Below, in pieces: positions 1 through 11,770 of a DNA stretch of 64,000 bases (its first letter is position 1; each line of letters opens with the position of its first letter). The notes beneath the pieces are model-generated. The model searched no databases, was not told where the DNA came from, and saw only the letters and a list, made by a program, of their open reading frames with translations. The translations under genes were made by a program, and so were the position numbers. The DNA is from Sphaerodactylus townsendi (lineage: Eukaryota), in assembly GCF_021028975.2 (NCBI RefSeq), contig NC_059426.1, forward strand, positions 105,896,001 to 105,960,000, written 5' to 3'.

Positions 1-3000
1 AATGATTAAGTGATTTGCTAGTGCTGAAGTGATTTGCTAGTTACAGAGAATTTGAAAGGATTCTTGACTCATGTCAACTCCCTTTGCTGTAGCAACCTAG
101 GTGTTTATAAAAGGTGTCAGTTTTATCATCTGTTGGAGACAATGTTGATTGTAGAATCTTTTGACCTCCAACTCGCCCAGTTACATCTACTAAGAGCAGG
201 TATTTCATAAGCAAAGATACCTAGTCTAATTTGAATAATTTGGCAAAATAACTAAGGATTGCTAACAGTAGCCTTCATTGGGAAGACTACAAAAAAAATA
301 AACACTGATTTTATGTGCAAGGGTGGATGAAGGAGATACTGGAAGAATGTGGCTGTCCAGAACTATTGCTAGGCACAGTATGCAAGATTTCACATGCTGA
401 CTGCTAAGGCTGTCAACATCAGGGAACCATTTCCCCGTTTGTTCCCCCCCCTTTTTTCATGTGTTACATGTATTGTTTAATTATGTGGAATGACTACCAA
501 GCACCTGCCAAAAAGAAGGGTCTTCTCTGTGATAACAAGTTAACATTTAGCAGTGACCACAGAACTGCATGGAAAATGCTGCACACTACTTAGAAGGCTT
601 TTTCAGTGCCCATTCTACATAATTTGGATAATCCAATGGATATGCAAGCCAGCATTTTGTTAACTTTTATTTATTATAAAGAAAGAGCTGTAGGAATAGC
701 ACATGAAAGACAAAAATGACAATAACTTCTACTTATAATTTCATAGATCATGGTTATTTCAGAAATAGGATGCTTGGAGAAATAGATAGCTCTGGAGTTC
801 ACAGGTCAGTCAGTGACATTAGTATCACAGTTTGAACAACCAATTTCAAATGCAAGATGATATGTAAAATTATGACTAACTAAATGTTGGTTTGTGGTCT
901 ATTATGGTAAATTCATAAACCTATAATATCAGAGCATCACACAACCTAGAGAGCAAATGCTTCTCTCCTCTTCTGAGAATATCACTGTTCAGAAGGTAGA
1001 AGGATTTATACAATGGTTTGAAATCGTGTTAATTTGTGTGAGAATTCCTTTTAAATTCAATCTGCATTCCAGAATCAAAGAAAGAGATATGTACACCACT
1101 AGCAGGTGCATACTTTAGTTAATTGAAAGCAGTTTGTCTTTCTGACAAATCTTGTGTGATCTTTTTTAAAGTTAAATCCCTGAAAGGCTGCAAATTGTTT
1201 TGGACAGATTCTGCCACATGGATCTCTGTAGCCTCCAAGCTGCCTGCAAACCTCTGAAGGGTTTGTAAATACCCTTTTATAATGTATAACTGTGACTTTT
1301 TGAAGGGGAGGATCAGTGGAAACATCACCTTTAGAAAAAGGTATTCAAAGACTCCAAGAGGAGGTTCACTGACCTTGCTTTCATTTGATGTGAGATTATC
1401 TTTATGTAGTTGTTTCTGAATTGCTAGTCAGTGGGGATCATATTGTTCAGAAATGGTTTTCACTAGATCATCACACAATGGCTAGAACTTCATGGATGGC
1501 ACTTACTGTACTAGAGTTTAGTGCAAACATTTTTTTTCTGGTTATCAAATTGATGTGACAGGTGGTAGTTGTATGCCTATGGAATGCTGCTAATCCCTAT
1601 GGAAACACCGTTCCCCCACCCCACCCCCATAATGCTGTAGACTCCCTCAATCTCATTACTTAGGGATCCAAACCCCCAGTAACATTTTGTGGAGATCAGT
1701 GAGCGGCAGTGGGAGGGGGTGGCAGGAAAGTTTCATTCTGCCCCTGGAAAATTTGATCTGGATGCAACCTGCTATTTATATATTTAGGCAGGCTTTCCAC
1801 TTTAAGCAGGGCGACTCACAAAGTAATTAAATACACATACATGCATAACAATCTAATTAAAATAATTTAAAAAACAGCAAAAGCTGTTATTTCTAACATC
1901 CTTAGCCCCTGATGGAAGAACCAAGAAAACCCAATTGGAAAGCAAAAGTATGTTCCAGTATGTTGAGACAGTAGCCTCCACAGAATTTTAAAAGCTGTGT
2001 GGATCTACAGTCTTTTTGTCATTTTAATCACCTCTTGCAGGGGAAAAGACAGCCTTCTTGCACAAACAAGAAGCAAAAATTATGCATGGGCAGGAAGTAG
2101 GAACAGGAAATCTTTGTAGTTTCTGGCTTTTGTGTAGTGCATACACACTTATCAATACCAGCTAGGCAAATAGTGCATATACATTCCTCAATACCAGCTA
2201 GGCAAAAGCTGGAGCTAGAAGGCCAGAACAGGTAGAAAGTTTACTCAGAATGCTGAGTCACTCCAAAATATCCTCAGTAGTCCTAATGGATTAATAAGAT
2301 CCAACTGAGATTAATGGCCAAATAAATACAGTTTGCGATTTGTGTAGCGGTGGATCAGTTTTTACACTGCATTTCTGGTTTTAACACTGCTGTAAAACAT
2401 TCTAGGTCTGGGGCACTATATAATCATACTACTATTAGTAGCAGTTGTAAAAAAATATTATCAAATTTTACATTTAAAGTGACCTTTTGGGAAATGAGAT
2501 ATGGAGTAGTCAAGACACAAAAGGAGTTAATGCCATGGTATCATTCCCAGATCTTAATTTACCTGACACTACAGTCTTTTGTTTATTTTTGAGCCCTATT
2601 TTTTTGACCCTCTGAGGTGTCTCTTGTCTATTTACATCAGAGAAATGATAACCTTCTGCCTTGGCTCTTTCATTGTAAAGCTCAGTGCTGTATTGGAGCA
2701 ATGAGATGTGAGGACTTGCCCTGATAGAGTACTGCTTACAGACTATTGTAATACAGAAGTGATGTTACAGCTCTTTAATTGTCAAATAATACACAGTACA
2801 GCAGGACTCTGGGAAGCAAACTTCTCAGAATCCTATCTTAGACATTATGGGCATGCAGCCACCACACTGATAAGATTTGTCTGAGAATTAACATCATGAT
2901 GTAACAAGTAGGCTTATTAACAAAAACAATTGGGTTGCATGTTGCTGTGATAATGTCAAGATCTGAAGTCCTAGAGAAGCAGTTAAGTATGTTTACATAG

Positions 3001-4034
3001 TAACCCTGGTGTTACTTGTGATCTGGATTAGAAAAGAGAATTAACTATTCATTTCAACTGCTGTATCTCTGCTAATTAAAGCCAGCCAAATCCTCACCAA
3101 AAGCTTAACAAACTCCTCAGATCAGAAGGATTCAATCTGGTAAAGATGTGGATTCAGTGAACCAAAAACCAGGCTTTTCTGGATTTCCTTGAAATTTTTC
3201 CTTCCTTCCACTCTTCAGTAATTAAGGCATAGCAAAAGGGAATGGTGAAATAAACCATTTGTTTGGCACAATCCAGAAAGTAGCCAAATTAAGATACTAT
3301 TTATTTCTAAATTCACAAGATAACATAGAAATTTGGTTTAAATGGGAAAAATACACCAGTTTGCATTTCTGACTGGATTTTTTTGCCTTGGATTCTGCAA
3401 TTAGTGCACATGGTATAAATTATGTAGTTACCAAAGGAGTTTAAGTTACTCCTTTGGGAATTTACCCAGGGGTAAATACTTTCATAGCCTCAGACAGCAA
3501 AACTGAAACTTCACACATGCATTCTGTGAAACTGGCAGCAGTAACCAATTAGGGGACTTGTTAGACAGTACTGCACTGAAGATTGAGGACAGCACAGATA
3601 GCTTTTTAATGTGGTAATTTGAGATGCCTGGCTTGCTTTGGCCCAAAATTTCCTTGTATAACAAATAAAACTAAAGAATTAAAGCAACAGAAAAGGGATA
3701 GAACAAGAAACAATCAAGGCACACAATTGCTCTGTGCAAATTCCAGGCAGGTAGTTGTGTTTGTCTGATGCAAGAAAAACAACTGAGGAAAATATTATTT
3801 TTACAAAGAAGGATCAAAAGGCCAAACAATGCAACAAACAACAATATATCTCAAATTGCTGTGCAGAGCACAAATGAACAGAAAGTGCAAACAACTGAAT
3901 ATGAGATCTAATCAGAAGGAATCTGACCCACTCCCAGTTCATAATCACTGGTGATTATGATTATGTGATTATGATTATGTCAAAAGATGTACCAATGAGC
4001 AAGCCTTTGATCTCATGGCTTTTGTTGTCTTGAT

Positions 4035-4240
4035 TAGGGTGCCAACTCCAGGCTGGGAAATACCTGGAGATTTGGGGGGTGGAGCCTGAGGACAGCAGGG
4101 TTTGGGGAGGAGAGGGACTTCAATGGGGTATAATCCCATAAAATTCACCTCCCAAAGTGGCCATTTTCTCCAGATGAACTAATTTTGTTGTGTGGGATAA
4201 GTTATAATAGAGGAAGATATCCAGTTATCACCTGGAGATT
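4035..4240. mobile_element. TAGGG(T)TGCCA-ended non-autonomous DNA element fragment (hAT-Blackjack-like)
   Basis: Starts tagggtgccaactccagg. Shares motifs (ccattttctcca, ctggagat) with copies at about 28495, 32003, 33590, 41340-41682, 44318 and 46135-46691. Confidence 0.55.
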
Positions 4241-5110
4241 ACACTGACATAAACCACCTTGCACCACTCAGGTAACAGCACTGGATAACTTTCAAAAGAA
4301 ACTTCCTTGACACTCAAGGTGCCTACCAAACTTTCATTCATTCCTCATAAACATAACATTTTTAAAATAAACATCATATGCATAACAATCATGAAGCACA
4401 CAATCCTTAGACGCTACCCACATTTAACAATCTAATTAAACCTAAACGGAGTCTTGCATCTTAACAATCTAATAGTAACTCTTCTCTCCAAGTTCTAACA
4501 CCACCAAGGTAAACAATCCAGCAAGCTGATCTCTCCTCAGTATCTGACCAGATCTCGTTATTTTCATAGGCCCATGGAGTTAAGCTCTTTCTATTCCTAT
4601 GGACATGAATTGTCCCTTATTAGTATATTTATCCCAATTTCCATCAGGACAGTGATCTCATTTCTCTCAGGTTGACCTCAGCCCTTCAGTTTGATGGTCC
4701 ACTGATATGTCTGATTGGCTGCTTCAGTTTGGCAGGCTACATAAGCTAGGACAAGCCTTCCATCTGTGAAAGGGAAGGATACTTTTCCTAGATGTTTTAC
4801 AGATCCTTGATAATGTGTTGAAGAGGTATTAGCCAAGAAATGTTGATGTGACCGCAAGAAGGGTTCTCTCCCTTTCCATGCCGGGCTTGTCCTGTAGTAG
4901 GGGACTCCTAGGCATCCATCAGGTGTCCAGAAGCAGTAAGAAGGCTACAGTGCCAAGTGATGCCAGAAATTAGACTGGGATGTACACATCAACCAGCTTT
5001 TTCAAAGGCTAACTGAACAACAGAAATAGGTGTATATATTTTTTCTTTTATAATCTAGTACCAGTTTGCATGATTAAATGAAGATGTGTTACATACGTAT
5101 ATGCATAACA

Positions 5111-5111
<1 letters not shown>

Positions 5112-5144
<33 letters not shown>
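5112..5144 (+). repeat. (GGCA)n microsatellite
   Basis: About 8 tandem caggc/ggca units, read directly. Confidence 0.9.
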
Positions 5145-5454
5145 CCATTTTCCCACTTATTTTCTGAAGTTTCAGAAAGAGATCTTCTCCAGCCCTGACA
5201 TTCTGAATCCTTTTAACTAAGGAATGCCAGGAATTAAACTTCTAATATCTACAAATAACAGGCTCTAAGAAACTTCAACTCTCTTCTTGTAAAAGAAATA
5301 CTTTGCTTAAAAGTGGAGATATTGGAAAAGTAAGCTATCCCTTTATAAAGGAAAATTATTGGGTCAAACAAGGCTACATTTTGGCAGCTCACTCCCTTTT
5401 GAATGATGGGAAGTAGAGACAAGACTGTGAGTGAGCCTTACCTCCCCATCCAAC

Positions 5455-5678
5455 CAGAAGTGTAGCTAGGCAGGAGTGTGCCTGGGGCGCACTCCGTGTT
5501 TTTCGCCCCCTGTGGCTCAGAAACTGCTTTCTGCTGGCCGAATATGGGCCAGGCTGGTGGAGCAGGGCCAGGCCTGGTGAGATGGAGTGGGGCGGGGAGA
5601 AGGGGGGGGTGATTTTCACTGCCCCCAGGAATGCTTGGTGCAACGCGCATTCTCTGCCTCCTTGTAGCTCCGCCACTG
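5455..5678. mobile_element. Non-autonomous hAT MITE (224 bp)
   Basis: Degenerate TIRs cagaagtgtagcta / tagctccgccactg (10/14). 8-bp TSD catccaac (5447-5454) / cgtccaac (5679-5686). Confidence 0.7.
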
Positions 5679-6642
5679 CGTCCAACACACCCTTCCCATC
5701 AGTTATCCATGTGGGGCATAATGTGTTAATAGTGATCCTGATAATGAAAGAAAGCAGAAGCAAAACAGAAGTTATGTTCTAGCATTCATGTTTAGGATTG
5801 CAGCCTAAAAACAAACTCCAAAATTGCCCTATTTTTCCTGAAGTGTTACATAGCTAAATAAATAAAAATCATGTAAGATCATCGCAAAACCCACCAATAA
5901 AATGGCAAAATTCCTTTTAAAAGCTTTGCACAGGAAAGCAGGAAATTATGGTAACAGCAATCCTTTAAAACTCCTCTTAGACAGGAGTTTTTGTCAGCCA
6001 AAGTCTTTCAAGTGTTCAGAAAGTGTCACATTATTCATATATTAATGAACTTGCACATTAATGAACTTTCAGATCTGAGTCAGACTCACACACGGCTTAG
6101 TGGGAACAGTTTTACATTTACAAAACTGCGATGATCACAAGAGTATCAAGGTAACAGTAATATCTTTTCCATACTAAGAAGATTCTTTGATTATTTTTGC
6201 CACAACTGAACTGGCTTTCATACTGTTGGCTGACCTCACTCATTGAACCTGTTAACACTTGTCTGTATAACACACTTAATGTTTACTGCAGAGATGCAGA
6301 AGAAATAATGACACCTACATTCCTGGGGTAAGAAAGGGCAACACACTGCCTAACACACAGTAAAGTGATCCCTTGTATATTATGCAGGATAGAAATTTGG
6401 GGCTGGGGCAAAGTTATTGCAGACCCTATTGAGAAAATTCAAAACACTATTATGATAATAATTTTGGGTCTTCCTAAGGGATCACTTATAGGAAGGTTAT
6501 TTGTATTAGTACATGGATATTTGTATTAGTGCTGATTTGTTTGTTTTAGTTTTATTGGTATATGGGGTGTTTTTGTGTGTGTTTAATCTTTTTATGTTGT
6601 GTATGAGGAGATTGTGAAGGCCAACGGCCAAGACAATAAATT

Positions 6643-6683
6643 TACTACTACTACCACCACCACCACCACCACCACCACTACTA
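6643..6683 (+). repeat. (CTA)n(CCA)n microsatellite ending an AT-rich retroelement-like 3' tail
   Basis: tactactactaccaccacc... follows aataaa at about 6635. Confidence 0.8.
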
Positions 6684-6730
6684 CATAGCTATGACATTAA
6701 AATTCCCATTACAATCCTTTCTCATGCCAA

Positions 6731-8009
6731 CAGAGGCGGACCTCCCATAGGGCAGAAGAGGCAGCTGCCTTGGGCGTAACAATTGTAGGTCACGTGGGGG
6801 GCGACAAAACGTCCGAGCGGCCCCGCCCACTCTGGACCCGGCGGCCCGGCCCACAAGCCAGCCGGCTAACCGGAAGTCAAACTCAGGACGGGAGAGAGCT
6901 CCGCCTCCGCAGTTCGGCGCGGCTGCCCTGACCCCGCCCACCATCTTCCCCTGCCTGGGCGGCCGGCCCCTTCACCCAGATGGCAGCGCAAGGATCACTC
7001 CAGTCCCCTGAGTCCTGGCCAACGACCATTCACGGCCCCTGCCCCGGAGCAGCCGTTGCTGCCACCCCCCGGGGTCCTCCACATCATGCCGCTGCGCCGC
7101 CGCCTCTGCCGTCCGGGCTGGCCCACCGCCCGCCTGCTTCCTCAAGGCCTGCACTCAGGCCTCCCGCCCCGGAGCAGCAGCAGCCGCCGCCGCCGCCGCC
7201 GCCAACCTCCGCCTGGGAATCCCGGCGCCGCCTCTGCCGGCCGGCCCGGCCCAGCCGCTTCCTTGAGGTTGCCCTCCTGCTGCGCGGCCCTCGGGCAGCA
7301 GCGGTCCGAGAACCGCGAGGCCCGGCCGCCGCTCGCTTCCACTGCCTCCGGCTCCTGCTCGCCTTCTGTGCAGCTCTCAAGAAGGCGAGCAGGAGCCGGA
7401 AGCTGTGAAGCGGCGGCGGCGACCAACTGACCTTCTCGGACGCGCGTACCGAGGCAACGCGGCTGAGCAAACAGCTCGAAGCAGCTGCCCGGCCGGTAGG
7501 CGCCGAGCGCCGGCGAAAGATTAACGGCAGCAGGCGCTTCGAAGGCTGAGTGCAAACCTAAAAAATAAGCGGCGGCTCCCGAGGCGGCGAAGCAGGCGCT
7601 GGCGGCATGATGAAGACGAGAACGGCAACGGCAGCTAGTCGTGGTGAAGGCCAGCAGACTCGAGAGGAGGCGGTGGAAGCGAGCGGCGGCCTTGTGGTCT
7701 GAGAACGGCCTGAGAACGCGGTCTGAGAGGCTCTGCCCTCCTGCTGCGCGGCCCTTGGATGGCGGCGGTGGCGCTCCGATAACCGTGAGGCCGTCGCTCG
7801 CTTCCAAGTTCCACCGCCTCCTGGCCAGCGGCGTGGACTTGGCGCTGCGGCCTGTGGATCTGCCGCCTGCCAGCCAGGAGTCAGTCAGAAGAGGAGGGAG
7901 GCCGGGCGCCAGGACAATCAGCAGGTGAGGCTCAGGGTGGCTGCCCATGGGGGGGGGCACCCAACTCAGGTTTTGCCCGGGGGCTCAGGTTTGCCTAGGT
8001 ACGCCTCTG
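6731..8009. mobile_element. Non-autonomous hAT element (1279 bp) with CpG-island-like interior
   Basis: TIRs cagaggcggacct / aggtacgcctctg (12/13). Perfect 8-bp TSD catgccaa at 6723-6730 and 8010-8017. No transposase-like ORF. Confidence 0.88.
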
Positions 8010-9399
8010 CATGCCAACCAACGATATTGCAGCCAGGGAAGTTGTAATGTGAAAGGGACAACTGTATACCCATTGTGTAATAGAAAATTGTGGACTTCTT
8101 AATTATAAACTAAACTGTAAATACTACAAAAACAATTTACGAAGCCAACTGCAAAGCATCCTTGAATATTAAGTGTAACCCAAGAAAGTGCTTTAGTGAA
8201 TGAAAACTGATTTAATGAATAATCTGTCTGATCTCTGTGCCAAGATTACTTAGCAAGTTAAATTCCTGTGTTTGGAGGAGCAGCTTAGAAAGAAAACTCT
8301 GGCAATATTCCACCTGGAAAACAATGTGGCTAGCCATTTCAAAAGCAAAAATTGATCCGGTTTCTTGTGCACGTCAGTGGCAGGTTTTCAGAAAGTCAGG
8401 GGAAATGCTAGGTGAAACAGCTGGGAAAGATGTCCTACTACGACAACTACACGCAAATGCAGCCTCTCCAGATAGAAACTTTTATCCTTATTTGTATAAA
8501 AACCATGTATGCTGCTCTGAGCTCCTCGGAGGAACAGTATTATACAGCATGCTAAAAGTAAAGAAAAGGTCTGTTCTATTTATTCAACTTTGTCTCTGTT
8601 CTTTTCTACAAATACATATAACCCAAGAAATACAGGATAATCTACCAGAAGTGGATTATTCTCCATTACCCTTCTCTCTTTCAAGGTTGCAATTTTTTAA
8701 AATTGGATTGCAACAATTACATCACAGTTAAACAATCAGGGGTTACTACTGACGCATCTGCATAGAAAACCTTTAACCACCATTGGCTGTTCTAGCTGTT
8801 GGATAACTTCACTGTTGTGAGTATTCAAAGGGCCAGTGGGGAAGCAGCAGCTTTCTACCAGTGTGAACTTTACTGTTGTAAGCAAGAGCGGTGCAGCTCC
8901 TGGTCACAATACAAAAACACATTAATCTTCAGATAACGGGGCAACTAGTGACAAAAATACTGTGCCAATATCCAGAAAGCACTTTTCCATTATCTTGAAT
9001 GGAAAGTGGGGCAACCAATAGGTAATACAAGAAGTTTCCTTTCAGAACAACTCTCTGGGTGAAGCATCAATGGGAAGCTACCTGAGATCTTAAGTGCAGA
9101 GAGAAATGTCTATGGCTGGGAAAACTGACAGCTCCATTGCCACCTATTACACAGCTCTAAAAATCTTTACTGTCAACTAAACACTGGGGAAATGTGTCTT
9201 GTTAGGTGTGATTGAAAATGATGGGGAGATTAAAAATACAAATTCTGGCAGCCTTTAATTGCTATTTTTAATAGTAGACTTCAGCTGTGCTGATGGGTAT
9301 CCAATGAAGATCATTACCAACTGGATACTATTTTCAGACAGTGAGCAATAGCTGTTTCCATTCTGGAGACTGTTTTCATGATCTTAGTTATTTCCTCTT

Positions 9400-9770
9400 T
9401 TGTTGCTTGTGTCTGTGAATTGCCATCAAGTCACAGCTGACTTATGGTGTCTTATTGGGTTTTCAAGGCAAGAGATGTTAGGTTTGTCATTGCCTGCCTC
9501 CTCATGGACTGAGAGAGTTCTGAGAAAACTGAACTGGCCCACAGTCACCCAGAAGGCTGCATGTGAAGGAGTGGGGAATCAAACTTGGTTGTCCAGATTA
9601 TATAGTCTTAGGCAGACTCTGCATGGGCCAAAAACAGTGGTGTGGAAATGGTGTGAAAACAATACAAATCCTTTTACACCATTTTACACCGTTTTCACAC
9701 TGCTATTTTTGGCTCATGCGGAATCTGCTCAAGAATCCGCAGCTCTTAACCACTACTACACCACACTGAC
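9400..9770 (-). mobile_element. tRNA-derived squamate SINE interrupted by a MITE
   Basis: Contains ggagtggggaatcaaac...ccagatta | gaatccgcagctcttaaccacta, the same head as the SINE at 41993-42236. Confidence 0.7.
9611..9729. mobile_element. Palindromic MITE (PIF/Harbinger-like ends)
   Basis: Inverted arms ggcagactctgcatgggccaaaaacagtggtgtg ... cacactgctatttttggctcatgcggaatctgc; preceded by TTA. Confidence 0.65.
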
Positions 9771-10559
9771 TATCATTGCTCATTTGTACCCATTTGCATT
9801 GAGATCAAGGTAAATCTAAAGCACATTAATCAGCAGGATTATGGTCTTTCAGCAATACGGTCTGCTGAACTTAAAACGTAAAATCCATTTTGCATGCAGT
9901 GGATTTACAAATTAAATGGTATTATAATTATCCTTGAATCCAAAGATCACAAGTTTATCCCTGTATTCAGATTGAGACATCTCAGTAGCTTACACCTGGT
10001 TGCAACCTCATGTATTTACCAGCTCAATAGATTCAGAGATCTGTATATAGCTAATAGTACCTTGTTACCTAATAGAAAGGTAACCTGAAAATTTTAAATG
10101 TTAGATAAGAATGCTGCATTTTCCATAAACAGTATATTTTGCCACAGTAAAGTGACCTACTGTTTGCAATGTATATGGACCTTCATTAATTTTGAGATTT
10201 GCTCGTGAACTCTCTTGGCTATCAGTGTCCAGACATTTCTTGCTTCACACACTAAAACATATAAATGCTGTGCTGAATTCAGCCAAGTACTACTAGTTAA
10301 GTCAGCCACATTTTGTTGAATCAGTCTGGTGCAACCAGAATCACCCAAAAGCAGTATAGGAGAACATGGGGCAATGGCAAAACATTTATCAATATTCTCT
10401 CCAAACTGTCCATTCTACTGTACTAGCTCTATGCCAGCCCACAAGGAGAAATGTACAAAGTAATTAGAATAATTGTAGAGGGGTAGCCCTGTTAATCCAT
10501 CAACAAAATAAAACAGAAAACTTGTGGCACCTTAAAGACGAACAGATTTTATTATAGCA

Positions 10560-11770
10560 CTAGCGGAGCCCGGCCACGCGTTGCTGTGGCAATTGTCCTT
10601 CTCATCACAGCCTGCAACCCACACAGATGTTCATGCAGGTCCAATGATCCCCAGCATAGCCTTTTGGGAGCTGCAGTGGCATACTGGCTAAAAGCAGGTG
10701 CACTCTGATCTGGAGGAACTGGGTTTGATTCCCAGCTCTGCAGCTTGAGTTGTGGAGGCTTATATGGGGAATTCAGATTAGCCTGTGCACTCCCACACAC
10801 ACCAGCTGTGTGACTTTGGGATAGTCACAGATTTTCGGAGCTCTCTCAGCCCCACCCACCTCTCAGGGTGTTTGTTGTGAGGGGTGAAGGGCAAGGAGGT
10901 TGTAAGCCCCTTTGAGTCTCCTACAGGGGAGAAAGGAAAAATATAAATCCAAACTCCTCCTCTTCCTCCTCCTCTTCTTCTTTTGGGGTGGTCAAATGGA
11001 ATCCATCTTTCCCTTTTAAATTCACATTATATGGTGCTGTCTTGGTTTTTAGTATAAGGTAACCCTTTCCATTCCACAACGGAACTGTCCAGAGTGTGAA
11101 TCCCGCTGTCCATGAGGCTGGTCGACACGCACAGTCCAGGCTTGGGTAAGGCAGAACTGGGGCAAGGAGGCTATCCCAGTCAGGCAGCAGAGGCAGGGTG
11201 GTGAGGTGCTCAGATCGAGGCCAGCTCCCTGGGTTTTTAAAGGGCCACGTGCAAAAGAAGCGGAGCCAGTAGTGTTGGTTCACCCCCACCCCGCGGATTT
11301 TCTTAGAAGAAAAAGGCAAACTCCAGCTCGCTTTTAGTAAAAGGTGAGGAAGCGGGTAAGTGGTGGTTGGATGTGAGGGAGGGCAGAGTGGGGTGTGTGA
11401 GGATGAGCTGGATGTGTATTGTGTGGTAGTAGTGGGTGAGGCATAGAGAGTGAAAGTTACCTGCATGTGTGTGTGGGAGGGAACCCCACCTGACGTCTCA
11501 CACGGCAAACTGTGTATGTGTTTCACTTCCACTCATATTTACTGTTTTAACTGCTCATCTCTGCCCATCTGAGCGAACATTCTAAGCCCTCATACCAATC
11601 CCTCAGGCCACAGACAGACAGGCTGCACAAACATTCTAAGGGTGACAGTTAAACACAGTCAGCTTCATGGCCTGGTGCGCCAGGAAAAAGACGTTTTACC
11701 TGGCTCAGGTATGGACTTTTGGCGATCTGAAGGTCCAATTACCTGCCGGCAACAGGACTTTTTATATATA
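10560..11770 (-). mobile_element. Non-autonomous Helitron
   Basis: Minus-strand 3' end reads GCCACAGCAACGCGTGGCCGGGCTCCG-CTAG, i.e. a GCCAC/GTGGC hairpin followed by CTAG. The 5' end is TATATATAAAAAG (canonical TC not seen). It sits between host A and T with no TSD. Confidence 0.75.
10668..10981 (+). mobile_element. Squam3-type tRNA-derived SINE nested in the Helitron
   Basis: A-box/B-box-like head (gtggcatactggc, gggtttgattccc), (CTC/CTT)n tail, and a flanking cttttggg duplication. Confidence 0.8.

Noticed and set aside
6681-7960. Overlapping 60-272 aa Pro/Arg/Ala-rich ORFs on both strands
   Set aside because: Expected in very GC-rich, stop-poor DNA inside a TIR element; no recognisable protein.
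8237-8731. 164-aa ORF
   Set aside because: Non-ATG start, no recognisable domain, and it runs through a SINE/L2-like tail remnant.
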